NCBI GenBank assembly: GCA_026387835.1 | Contig: JAPLKZ010000005.1 | Span: forward strand, 249,596 to 281,595 | DNA from: Candidatus Saganbacteria bacterium | GTDB lineage: Bacteria; Margulisbacteria; WOR-1; JAKLHX01 | Direction: 5' to 3' | Length of the DNA stretch: 32,000 bases | Shown here: positions 14,213-24,250 of the stretch, piece after piece | How positions within the stretch are numbered: position 1 is the stretch's first letter | Layout of the letters: every line of letters starts with the position of its first letter | Translations under genes and position numbers: made by a program | The notes under the pieces: model-generated | Told to the model about the DNA's origin: nothing | What the model saw: the letters and a program-made list of their open reading frames with translations, nothing else | Database searches by the model: none

Positions 14213-15457
14213 CTACTTCTTCAGCTTGAAAAGCGTCTCCACATCACCAAAGGCCTCAAAGGTCTCCTTGTTCACGTAAACGATGACCTTTTTGGTCTTT
14301 ATCCATTCCCCTTCCTTTTCTATATGGACGTTGCCTGTCATCGTGATCGTCTCTTTATTGTCGTCATAAAAAGCGTGGTCCGCCTTTGCGTTCTTTCCTT
14401 TTTGGATAACAAATACTTTACCGTCCGCTGTCGCATTGCCGTTCCTTGTCGAGACTTTCAGGCTGTCGCAGTTCAAAAGAACCCCTTCGCTCATTATTTT
14501 TTTTGCTTCCGTATTCCTGATCTTGAGGACGGTCCGTTCTTTAAGAATGTGGCCGCCTTTTTTGATGAAAGCCCTGACATTTTTTATAAGTGTCGCCGTC
14601 TGTTCTACGTCGTCAAATGAAAGCGCGTCCGACGAGGCGATCTTGCTTTTCTGCGTCAGTTCTACATGGCCGTTCATCAGGCCGCTGTAATCTTTTGTCG
14701 AGAAAGAGAGATCATCGGACTTGATATCGGTCATCACCGCCTTCTTTTTTACGCGGACCCTCACTTTATTGTAAGCCTTAAGCGTATCCTGTCTGAAATA
14801 GCTTTCCATCGTTGTCGCACCTATTGTATAGTCGCCGGCCTTTATGTGCGGGCCGGATGTCATAGTGCCGATGTTCTTTTTATGGTTTATGTCGATGTGT
14901 CCGGTCGTAGCGGTGTATTTCCTGTCAAAGACCCGCACATCATCGGCATTCGACCTTTTCTGGGGTGAGGAATACCAGAGATAAGACGCCAGGACCTTCG
15001 TGAATCCTTTTGAAGGTTCTTTCAGGACCTCGGTGGTGCTGGCATGCGCCACATCGATGCTTGCTTCCAGAGGCTGCGGCTCCGCGGTTGATGAGAAGGC
15101 CTCTATCCTGCTGTTGTAATTCGTGACGATGACCCTTTTTGCCCGCAAGTCTTTTATTATCAGCCTTCCTTTTTTGAATACATTTCCTTTGTCGACGTCC
15201 TCGAATTCGATGATGTCCTGGCCTCTGTTGGCGGAAAGCCTTTTTGAAGATATTTCCCAGTTTTTTTTGCCGTCCTCAAAACCGGTGACGCTTATATTGT
15301 CAGCGTGCAAAACTTTTTCTTTCCTCACGTCGGAAAGAAGCCTTATGTCGGGCACGATGATATAAAGCAGTGCCAGGCCGGCCGTGAAAGCGACGGCAGT
15401 AAATATAACTGATCTTTTACTGTCCAGACCTTCAAAAAAACGGCGCATTTTTATCAT
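14213..15457 (-). CDS. LptC/LptA (OstA)-like periplasmic protein with an N-terminal membrane anchor
   Basis: N-terminal TM VIFTAVAFTAGLALLYIIV. Repeated beta-jellyroll-like segments, for example ADHAFYDDNKETITMTGNVHIEKEG, resemble OstA/LptA motifs. Confidence 0.45.
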   Translation of the reverse strand: MIKMRRFFEGLDSKRSVIFTAVAFTAGLALLYIIVPDIRLLSDVRKEKVLHADNISVTGFEDGKKNWEISSKRLSANRGQDIIEFEDVDKGNVFKKGRLIIKDLRAKRVIVTNYNSRIEAFSSTAEPQPLEASIDVAHASTTEVLKEPSKGFTKVLASYLWYSSPQKRSNADDVRVFDRKYTATTGHIDINHKKNIGTMTSGPHIKAGDYTIGATTMESYFRQDTLKAYNKVRVRVKKKAVMTDIKSDDLSFSTKDYSGLMNGHVELTQKSKIASSDALSFDDVEQTATLIKNVRAFIKKGGHILKERTVLKIRNTEAKKIMSEGVLLNCDSLKVSTRNGNATADGKVFVIQKGKNAKADHAFYDDNKETITMTGNVHIEKEGEWIKTKKVIVYVNKETFEAFGDVETLFKLKK

Positions 15458-15503
15458 AGAAAAAAGGATACCATAATTGACACTTTTTTAGAAGTGATGA
15501 TAG

Positions 15504-16670
<1,167 letters not shown>

Positions 16671-16721
16671 TGTAGGGGCGGGGTGATCTCCGCCCGGGCC
16701 CGGGAAAAAGAACTAAAAATG

Positions 16722-16757
16722 CCCCGCACTTTGGCACAAAGTGCGGGGTTCATTTTC
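16722..16757 (+). terminator. Intrinsic terminator/attenuator-like hairpin between gap and pgk
   Basis: ccccgcacttt-ggcac-aaagtgcgggg (11-bp stem) is followed by ttcattttc. Confidence 0.5.
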
Positions 16758-16773
16758 AGAAGGAGGATAAAAG

Positions 16774-17964
16774 ATGAAGAAATGCATTTCTGACCTGAAA
16801 GATAGTGAACTGAACGGCAAGAGAGTGCTTGTAAGGGTCGATTTCAATGTGCCGCAGGATAAAGCGGGCAATATTACGGACGACAGGAGGATAAGAGAAT
16901 CGCTCCCGACGATAAAATATCTTATAGATAAAGGATCAAAAGTGATCCTCGTCTCCCATCTCGGCAGGCCCAGCGGTGTGACACAGGAGCTGAGGATGAA
17001 CCCCATAGCAAAAAGGCTCGAGGAACTGCTGGGGAAGAAAGTCCTGAAACTAGATGACTGCATCGGAGAAGAGGTCGAGGATGCCGTTTCAAAGATGAAT
17101 AACGGCGACGTGACGCTGCTCGAAAACGTGAGGTTCTATAAAGAAGAAGAGGCGAACGATGAGAACTTCTCCAAAAAACTTGCCGCTTTGGCCGATGTCT
17201 ATGTCAACGACGCGTTCGGTACGGCTCACAGGGCCCACGCTTCAACTGAAGGTGTCGCTCATATCCTTCCGGGAGTCTGCGGGTTTCTGATCAGAAAAGA
17301 GCTTGAGTTCCTCGGCGGCGCGCTTACAAACCCGAAGAAACCGTTCGTCGCTATAATCGGCGGAGCTAAAGTCTCATCAAAAATAACCGTCATAAAGAAC
17401 CTGGCTCAGAAGGTGGATACTCTGGTGATCGGAGGCGGGATGATATTTACTTTCATGAAGACCCAGGGTTTTGAGATAGGAAAATCTCTGGTCGAAACAA
17501 AATTCCTTGACCAGGCAAAGGTAATATGGTCGCAGCTGAAAGGGATGCCGAATTTGAAGCTGATAGTCCCTGTAGACCATGTGGTGGTCGCCGAGTTGAA
17601 AGCAGACGCGCCGTCAAAAGTCGTGCCAAATGATGGTATCCCCGCCGACATGCTTGGCGTCGATATAGGACCCGAGACGATAAAACTGATAAAAGATGAG
17701 ATCAAAAATGCCGGGACCGTGGTCTGGAACGGACCTATGGGCGTTTTTGAGATAGATAAGTTCGCAAAGGGTACCAACGAGGTCGCAAGAGCGCTTGCCG
17801 ATTCAAAAGCCGTGACCATAGTTGGGGGAGGAGATTCCGCGGCGGCGGTAGAAAAAGCGGGCGTCGCCGATAAGATAACACATATATCCACCGGCGGCGG
17901 AGCTTCGCTGGAATTTCTGGAGGGCAAAATACTTCCGGGCATCGCGATACTGCAGGACAAGTAA
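16774..17964 (+). CDS. pgk: Phosphoglycerate kinase
   Basis: [27 protein letters not shown] and GGGDSAAAV motifs. RBS ggagg. Confidence 0.95.
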   Translation: MKKCISDLKDSELNGKRVLVRVDFNVPQDKAGNITDDRRIRESLPTIKYLIDKGSKVILVSHLGRPSGVTQELRMNPIAKRLEELLGKKVLKLDDCIGEEVEDAVSKMNNGDVTLLENVRFYKEEEANDENFSKKLAALADVYVNDAFGTAHRAHASTEGVAHILPGVCGFLIRKELEFLGGALTNPKKPFVAIIGGAKVSSKITVIKNLAQKVDTLVIGGGMIFTFMKTQGFEIGKSLVETKFLDQAKVIWSQLKGMPNLKLIVPVDHVVVAELKADAPSKVVPNDGIPADMLGVDIGPETIKLIKDEIKNAGTVVWNGPMGVFEIDKFAKGTNEVARALADSKAVTIVGGGDSAAAVEKAGVADKITHISTGGGASLEFLEGKILPGIAILQDK

Positions 17965-17965
17965 A

Positions 17966-18475
17966 ATGGCGAACACAAAAACGCTGGTAGTGATCAAACC
18001 GGACGGTATAAAAAAGTCCCTGACAGGGAACATTCTTTCCCGTCTTTCCGAGACAAAACTGCGTATCATAGGAGCAAAGGTCCTTCATGTGACGAGGGAG
18101 CTTGCCGAAAAGCATTACGCGCACCTGAAGGACAAGCCGTTCTTTAAGAGCGTTGTCGACTATATATGCGGCGATGTTTATGACGAGCCTTACAGGAGGG
18201 TCCTTGCCCTGGTTTATACCGGGCCGGACGCGGTAAAAAAAGTAAGGCAGCTTGCGGGCGTCACAAATCCTGAAGAAGCCGATGCCTCTTCGATAAGAGG
18301 CCAGTACGGCAGGATCACTTCAAAAGGCATATTTGAAAATGTTCTCCACTGCTCGGCAACTCCCGAAGAGGCGGAAGTCGAGATTAAACTTTGGTTTGAT
18401 CCGGATGAAATTGTAGAAGCCATATATCCTACAGAGACGATCGAAACCAAAGTTAAAAAAAGATCCTGGAAGTAG
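17966..18475 (+). CDS. ndk: Nucleoside diphosphate kinase (slightly extended form)
   Basis: TLVVIKPDG, KPFF, IRGQYG and NVLHCS (catalytic His). The start is 1 nt after the pgk stop. Confidence 0.85.
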   Translation: MANTKTLVVIKPDGIKKSLTGNILSRLSETKLRIIGAKVLHVTRELAEKHYAHLKDKPFFKSVVDYICGDVYDEPYRRVLALVYTGPDAVKKVRQLAGVTNPEEADASSIRGQYGRITSKGIFENVLHCSATPEEAEVEIKLWFDPDEIVEAIYPTETIETKVKKRSWK

Positions 18476-18483
18476 TAAAGCAA

Positions 18484-18554
18484 GGGCCTATGGTTCAGTG
18501 GTAGAACACGGCGTTCGCAACGCCGAGACCTGAGTTCGACTCTCAGTAGGTCCA
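18484..18554 (+). tRNA. tRNA-Ala (anticodon CGC)
   Basis: Acceptor GGGCCTA/TAGGTCC with the G3:U70 identity pair. Anticodon loop TTCGCAA. T-arm CTGAG-TTCGACT-CTCAG. Confidence 0.85.
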
Positions 18555-18653
18555 TTAATATTTTTCTGCGAACTAACATTATCAGACAATGACAAAACCT
18601 GGAAGTGCTACAACTTCGCGGTTTACGGGGGATTTAAGAAGGCAGGTTACCGG

Positions 18654-18869
18654 CTAGATCAAACCTTTGAACGGGTTGCCGATGAACGCGACGATGATGA
18701 CCTGGACGCCGTAAAGGATGAGGCTCCACGCCACCGATGAGATGATCCATGACTTTGTCCCTGACTCGCCGAGCCATCTCAGTATCCACACTCCGAGCGC
18801 AATGAGAGCGATGCCTGATACAATGCCGGTGAAGATAGCCATGGATATATTGTACATCAGAAAAGACAA
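18654..18869 (-). CDS. Small membrane protein (2 TM)
   Basis: 71-aa ORF with two long hydrophobic helices. There is no recognisable family, and an internal Met start is possible. Confidence 0.45.
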   Translation of the reverse strand: MSFLMYNISMAIFTGIVSGIALIALGVWILRWLGESGTKSWIISSVAWSLILYGVQVIIVAFIGNPFKGLI

Positions 18870-18993
18870 AATATATCGTGAAAAATAATGTGAAATTTAT
18901 TAAAAAGGCACACGATATAATTATAAGGTCAAAAACCGGCAGATCAAAGCTGTTGTCGGTTGTGATCCCAATAAAGACAGAAGGAGAAAAGTA

Positions 18994-19542
18994 ATGAGCG
19001 GAATTAATGGCGGAAGTTTAGCGGTCCCGGTTACAGCCGATGAATACAAAAGACTGTCAGCCCTCAAAAAAGAAGGATCTGCAAGAAACACGGAAGTCGG
19101 GTCTGCAGGTTTTGGAGAAAGGCCAGTAATCTTGCTGGCTGCAGCGCAGCCGGTCGCATCAGCCCCGTCGCCGCAGTCGGCACCGGACACTTCGGAACAG
19201 AAAAAAATAAAAGGGTTGATCGATGTATTTAAAAGCCGTAACTACGTTTGGATCCAAGAAGCAGTCGAAGCTTTGCAAAAAATCGGAAGTCCTGCAATCC
19301 CGGCCATTGTCGAAGCGCTGAAAGACAATGAATGGATCGTTCGATATCACGCCGCCTATACACTAGGTGAATTTGGCGATAAACAGGCAGTCCCGGATCT
19401 CGTGAAAGCATTGAACGATAGTGAAAGCCTTGTTCGCCTGTCTGCACAACAAGCAATCGAAAAGATAAAAAAAGCACAAACTCAACCTGTTGCAAAACCC
19501 GGCACCATACCGCTCGAAAAGCCTGCGGGGGTCAAGAAATAG
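18994..19542 (+). CDS. HEAT-repeat (PBS-lyase-type) protein
   Basis: AVEALQKIGSPAIPAIVEALKDNEWIVRYHAAYTLGEFGDKQAVPDLVKALNDSESLVRLSAQQAIEKI fits the HEAT_PBS pattern. RBS aaggag. Confidence 0.7.
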   Translation: MSGINGGSLAVPVTADEYKRLSALKKEGSARNTEVGSAGFGERPVILLAAAQPVASAPSPQSAPDTSEQKKIKGLIDVFKSRNYVWIQEAVEALQKIGSPAIPAIVEALKDNEWIVRYHAAYTLGEFGDKQAVPDLVKALNDSESLVRLSAQQAIEKIKKAQTQPVAKPGTIPLEKPAGVKK

Positions 19543-19731
19543 GCAGATAAGTCACTTTATAGCTCCTTGAACGAGACATAGTTGACTACAGGGACATCCC
19601 AGTCGGTGATCTGCCCGATAGATCAGAAAAGACAAAATCCGAAATTCGAATATCGGATGTTTCGCGCATACCCTCCAATGTGTTAAATAATCCGGAACAT
19701 TTTTACTTATTGGTGGAGACGGCTAGATCCT

Positions 19732-21018
19732 TCAGCATTCCTCGGGAGGTGTCGTTATCTCCGAAGCTTCAAGGATCCCCTTTTCTACATAGATGGGCCT
19801 TATTACTTTCCTGATATGCGGCAGGCGTACGTAAAACAGCGCTGATGCAATGAGGCACATGATCCCGTTTATCATGACCGCGGTCGGTGCTCCAAGATTG
19901 TGGGCGAGCGTCCCGGCGATTATGCTTCCGAACGGCGCCATTCCTAGAAAAGCCATCGAATAGAGGCTCATGATCCTTCCTCTCTTGTTGTCAGAGACGA
20001 TAGTCTGCAGCACAGTGTTGCTTCCTGCGATCTGCGTCAGCATCCCGAACCCCACGACAGGCATCAGTATGAGCGACAAGATATAAATCTTAGATAGTGA
20101 GAACAGGATCAACCCCGCGCCAAAGAGGGCTGTGCCGAAGTTCATCAACTTATTGAGTCCGACGACGCTTTTGCGCGAGGCAAGGAACAGACCTCCTGCA
20201 AGGGCTCCCATTCCCGCTCCGGACATCAGGAAACCGAGTGTCTGAGGCCCTCCGTGAAGGATGTTCTTCGCGAAAATAGGCATCAGTATCGCATACGACA
20301 TCCCTGCAAGGCTCACCATGCTGATGAGCAGGATTATGTCCCTTATCGCCTCATTATGATAGGCGTAAGACAGGCCATCTTTGAATTCCCTGAAGAAAGG
20401 CTTTGCCACTCTCTTTTCCTCAGTGGCCGTGATCTTCATCATCATCAGTGATATTATAACGGCGACATAGCTTACTGCATTGATAAGAAAACAGTAACCT
20501 TCACCGAACATCGCGATCAGCACTCCCGCGACAGCAGGTCCGATGAGTCTCGCGCTGTTAACCATTGATGAGTTAAGCGCTATCGCATTTCCCAGGTCCT
20601 CTCTTTTGACCATCTTGACCACGAAGGACTGTCTTGCCGGCATGTCGATCGAGTTAACGAGCCCAAGGACCGCTCCCAGTAAATAAAGGTGCCAGACCTC
20701 GATCCTGCCTGAAAGTACAAGAGATGCAAGCGCAAGCGCCTGAAAAAGGGAGATGGTCTGAGTGATGATGAGGACCTTCTGCTTATCCCACCTGTCGACC
20801 ATCACTCCCGCGAAAGGCGCAATGATGAACGCCGGTATCTGGCTTGAGAACGCCACGGCTCCGAGGACAAAAGCTGAGTTCGTCATCCTATACGCCAGCC
20901 AGCCCACCGCGACGGCCTGCATCCATGTCCCGATCAGCGATATGCTCTGGCCCGCAAAAAACAAACGGTAGTTGCGGTTCTTCAGTGCGCGGAATATGTT
21001 CGCAAAAGATCCATTCAT
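19732..21018 (-). CDS. MFS transporter
   Basis: 428 aa with about 12 hydrophobic segments. N-terminus YRLFFAGQSISLIGTWMQ is typical of the MFS_3/EntS-like subgroup. Confidence 0.8.
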   Translation of the reverse strand: MNGSFANIFRALKNRNYRLFFAGQSISLIGTWMQAVAVGWLAYRMTNSAFVLGAVAFSSQIPAFIIAPFAGVMVDRWDKQKVLIITQTISLFQALALASLVLSGRIEVWHLYLLGAVLGLVNSIDMPARQSFVVKMVKREDLGNAIALNSSMVNSARLIGPAVAGVLIAMFGEGYCFLINAVSYVAVIISLMMMKITATEEKRVAKPFFREFKDGLSYAYHNEAIRDIILLISMVSLAGMSYAILMPIFAKNILHGGPQTLGFLMSGAGMGALAGGLFLASRKSVVGLNKLMNFGTALFGAGLILFSLSKIYILSLILMPVVGFGMLTQIAGSNTVLQTIVSDNKRGRIMSLYSMAFLGMAPFGSIIAGTLAHNLGAPTAVMINGIMCLIASALFYVRLPHIRKVIRPIYVEKGILEASEITTPPEEC

Positions 21019-21100
21019 GACTAATTTTATTATATCATCAGCGGTGCGTCATCAAAGAACTTCCGGTCGGCGTCCGAATAAACGACGAAGACGATCTTAA

Positions 21101-21814
21101 CTACCTGCAGTAAAGGTCGTTCTCTATCCTGTTCAACAGATCTGTGCGGTCATCGCTGACGGACATGTTGGTGATGCCTCCGATCGCCTGCATCACGGTG
21201 GTCACATCCTTCATCGATGATTCCGCGTCCTTGAACTGATGGTCGCGCGGTATGTAGTACACAAAGACGATGGTCGGCAGTCCGGCGGCACTGATCGCGT
21301 TACGCGTCGTTGTGACCTCTCCGGAAGAAGTCACGATCTCAAAATCCGGAAAAGGCCGGCCGTAGACCGCGGAGATCATGGTCAGGTCCATTTTCTTGCC
21401 GGTCCTGTCACCTGAAGTCCTCCCGTTCTCGACAACAGCCTTAAGCGCCTCACCCATATTTTCGATATCTCCGAGTATCCGGTTATCCTCGAATTTGGTA
21501 TCCCTCATCAGAAAGCATTCGAAAGCGCCGAAGCCGTTCCTGTCAAGAAGGACCGCTTCATCCTGGCGCAGACCTTTCTTATTGATCCAGTCCGCAAGAA
21601 ATGCCGGTTTTCCCCCGGCTTTATTTGTGTCCCAATTGAGTTCCGGGGTGTAATAGAACTTGATGTCCTGGAACTTCGATTCATTAAAAGTCGGGTTTTT
21701 AGGGCCCAGATTGATGGCGACGACATTCTTCGGGGCGTAGGGCATTGCAGCGAAAGAGACCGCGGACAGCACGGCGGCAAATATGACGGCTGACACGAAC
21801 AGGTGTTTTTTCAT
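21101..21814 (-). CDS. Secreted hypothetical protein
   Basis: Signal peptide MKKHLFVSAVIFAAVLSAVSFAA. RBS aaaggag. No motif was recognised. Confidence 0.55.
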   Translation of the reverse strand: MKKHLFVSAVIFAAVLSAVSFAAMPYAPKNVVAINLGPKNPTFNESKFQDIKFYYTPELNWDTNKAGGKPAFLADWINKKGLRQDEAVLLDRNGFGAFECFLMRDTKFEDNRILGDIENMGEALKAVVENGRTSGDRTGKKMDLTMISAVYGRPFPDFEIVTSSGEVTTTRNAISAAGLPTIVFVYYIPRDHQFKDAESSMKDVTTVMQAIGGITNMSVSDDRTDLLNRIENDLYCR

Positions 21815-21943
21815 TTTCTTTTCTCCTTTAATACCACATAATACACTTTATTTTAGTATAATTTCAAGGGCGGGGGGAAATATTAAACTTTATCTTGCAT
21901 TTTTCCATTGACAACGAGTGCCGGAATGATAAAATATCTATAA

Positions 21944-22801
21944 ATGAAAAAACTGATCGCATTAATACTGGCGGCATCTTTAATAGCAAACTTTACTGTA
22001 GCTTCTGTTTCAGCAGCGAAGAAAAAAGCCCCGAGAAAGCCGGGGAAGAGGATCGTCAGGACCGTGAAGAATAAAAAGGCCGTGAAGAATAAAAAACCCG
22101 CGAAGAAGACAAAAGCTGCAAAGAAGACGAAAGCCGCAAAGAAGACAAAAGCCGCAAAGAAGACAAAGGTCACGAAGAAAGCAAAAGCCGCGAAGAAAAA
22201 GATAACAGCAAAAGCTGCGAAGATAAAGAAAGCCGCAAAGAAGCCGGCTTTAAAGCCGACACTAAAAAAAGCTCCGGCAACACCGTGGGTGCCGCCGTTA
22301 CCTGAAAAAGTAACTCCTGCCCGGGTATCAACTGCAGCGGCAATTCCGGTTGTCCCGTCACCATGGGGCTTGACCATAGGGGCTAACTTTGGCGTGTCCG
22401 CGGGTCTTACGGCTGCATCGGCAGTGTTAGATTATCCGCTCACAAGATTTATCCGGGGTGCGAAGGTGAGGTTAGGCGGAGATTATCTCACGGGAGCCAG
22501 CGGAAAGGATACCGACCTGAAGATAGCCACGCTGAAATTAGGCGGCATTTACGCGCTCGATATGCTCAAAATGCAGGACGTGCCGGTCGACTGGTACATC
22601 GGGGGCGGGATAATCGTGCCTCTGAAGGTCAGCGGCGGAAGGACCGGTTCATACGGCCTTGAAGCTTATATCGGCGCTAACATCGCGGTATTTGATATTG
22701 GCGCCTTTAATGCGCAGTTTGGATACTCTGCAATAAAATATGGCGGTGCTAGTGCAGCAAAAGGCGGCATAGCGACGATCGGATACGCGTACACGTTCTG
22801 A
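21944..22801 (+). CDS. Outer-membrane beta-barrel-like protein with a polylysine (AAKKTK-repeat) N-terminal region
   Basis: It has a signal peptide and then a ~100-aa Lys/Ala-rich tract. The Gly/aromatic-rich C-terminal domain with alternating pattern ends in YAYTF, an OMP-type terminal Phe. Confidence 0.6.
   Translation: MKKLIALILAASLIANFTVASVSAAKKKAPRKPGKRIVRTVKNKKAVKNKKPAKKTKAAKKTKAAKKTKAAKKTKVTKKAKAAKKKITAKAAKIKKAAKKPALKPTLKKAPATPWVPPLPEKVTPARVSTAAAIPVVPSPWGLTIGANFGVSAGLTAASAVLDYPLTRFIRGAKVRLGGDYLTGASGKDTDLKIATLKLGGIYALDMLKMQDVPVDWYIGGGIIVPLKVSGGRTGSYGLEAYIGANIAVFDIGAFNAQFGYSAIKYGGASAAKGGIATIGYAYTF
22100..22171 (+). repeat. 4 x 18-bp in-frame tandem repeat (AKKTKA units)
   Basis: The units are gcgaagaagacaaaagct, gcaaagaagacgaaagcc, gcaaagaagacaaaagcc and gcaaagaagacaaaggtc. 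Confidence 0.85.
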
Positions 22802-22815
22802 CCGGTTAAAATAAA

Positions 22816-22875
22816 CCCCCCTGTCACTTCGTGACATCCCTGCCTGCCGGCAGGCAGGTCTCCTTGTCAGGGGAG
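22816..22875. other. Compound palindromic element directly after the OMP gene stop
   Basis: Outer cccctg/cagggg arms enclose the hairpin gtcac-ttc-gtgac (22823-22835) and the perfect 20-bp palindrome cctgcctgccggcaggcagg (22839-22858). No T-run follows. Confidence 0.6.
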
Positions 22876-22995
22876 AACTAAAATTTGGATTTCTATTTTC
22901 CCTGCCCAAGATCAAAATCGAGTGAAATTTATAAAAAATACCATCGATACTCTTTCAGCCGATGACGATCCGGATATTAAAGGGAGAAAATAAAA

Positions 22996-24249
22996 ATGCA
23001 GACAACTAGGACTTCTTTTGCAGCAGCGTTAAGGACGAGCAGCAGGATCGATGTCGCCGCCAGGATAACTTCGGCAAGACTTTATTCACCTAATGGTGAT
23101 TATTGGAGATCCCGTGCCAGTATTCCGGGAGCTGTCCGTGCATTAAATGAAAAAATAATAGATAAGAAAATGGTCGCGGCTATATTTGCTGATGACAAAA
23201 TGCCCGTTGCCAGGGCTGCGGATATATTAGCTAGAGTAGAAATGGCTGCGGGAATTTTGGCTGATGTCAAAATGTCTATTAGCAGGGCTGCGGGTATATT
23301 AACTGATGACAAAATGCCTTTAGAGAAAGCTGCGGGTATATTAACTGATGACAAAATGCCTTTAGAGAAAGCTGCGGGTATATTAGCTGATGACGGTATA
23401 TTAACTGATGACAAAATGCCTTTAGAGAAAGCTGCGGGTATATTAGCTGATGACAAAATAGATTTAATGAAAGTTGCGGCTATATTTGCTGATGACAAAA
23501 TGCCCGTTGCCAGGGCTGCAGGAATATTTGCTGATGGCAAAATGCCTGTTGCCAGGGTTGCGGGAATATTAGCTTATCTCAAAATACCTGCAAGCAGGGC
23601 TGCGGGTATATTAGCTGATGACAAAATGCCTGCTAGCAGGGCTGCGGGAATATTAGCGCATGATCTTATTAATCCTTGGAGGGCTGCGGGTATATTAACT
23701 GATGACAAAATGCCTGTTGCCAGGGTTGCAGGAATATTAGCTGATTACAAAATGCCTGTTGCCAGGGCTGCGGATATATTAGCTGATGACAAAATATCTT
23801 TAGAGAAGGCTGCGGGTATATTAGCTGATGATAAAATGAGTCTTTGCAGGGCTGCGGATATATTAGCTGATTACAAAATGCCTGTTGCCAGGGCTGCGGA
23901 TATATTAGCTGATGACAAAATATCTTTAGAGAAGGCTGCGGGTATATTAGCGCATGATCTTATTAATCTTTGGAAGGCTGCGGGGATATTGGCTGACGGG
24001 AAAATGCCTTTAGATAGGGCCGTGAGAATATTAGCATGTGATCTTATTAATGTTCAGAAAGCTGCGGGTATATTAGGTGGCGGCATAATGCCTATTACCA
24101 GGGCCGCGGATATATTAGCCGATGAAAAAATCTCTTTAGATAAGGTTGCAGGCATAATCGGGGAAATGCCGGACGTAAACGCAATTTACATCTTAGCTGA
24201 AATGGGAGACGAACTCGTAAGACGAATTATTGAGAAGATAGGAAAATAA
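22996..24249 (+). CDS. 14-residue tandem-repeat protein A (about 25 repeats; MgtE_N/FliG-like helical C-terminus)
   Basis: Consensus unit AAGILADDKMPxxR, encoded by 42-bp DNA repeats. RBS agggag. The N-terminal ~50 aa and the C-terminal ~35 aa are homologous to the next gene. Confidence 0.7.
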   Translation: MQTTRTSFAAALRTSSRIDVAARITSARLYSPNGDYWRSRASIPGAVRALNEKIIDKKMVAAIFADDKMPVARAADILARVEMAAGILADVKMSISRAAGILTDDKMPLEKAAGILTDDKMPLEKAAGILADDGILTDDKMPLEKAAGILADDKIDLMKVAAIFADDKMPVARAAGIFADGKMPVARVAGILAYLKIPASRAAGILADDKMPASRAAGILAHDLINPWRAAGILTDDKMPVARVAGILADYKMPVARAADILADDKISLEKAAGILADDKMSLCRAADILADYKMPVARAADILADDKISLEKAAGILAHDLINLWKAAGILADGKMPLDRAVRILACDLINVQKAAGILGGGIMPITRAADILADEKISLDKVAGIIGEMPDVNAIYILAEMGDELVRRIIEKIGK

Positions 24250-24250
24250 A

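Noticed and set aside
18856-19638. 17-bp identical direct repeat atcagaaaagacaaaat at 18856-18872 and 19622-19638
   Set aside because: The first copy is the 5' end of the small membrane-protein gene on the minus strand (MSFLMY). The second would encode only a 27-codon TTG-started fragment. It is probably a small duplication remnant, and I found no further structure around it.
22649-22915. 88-aa minus-strand ORF downstream of the OMP gene
   Set aside because: It is driven by the GC-rich palindromic element (giving the peptide ..RRPACRQAGMSRSDRG..) and overlaps the 3' end of the OMP gene. This is typical of spurious ORFs across palindromic repeats.
23150-24200. A regular ~42-bp repeat array that could superficially suggest a CRISPR array
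   Set aside because: The repeats are contiguous with no unique spacers. They are in frame within a long ORF that has an RBS and conserved termini, and the period of 42 bp equals 14 codons. No cas genes are in the window.
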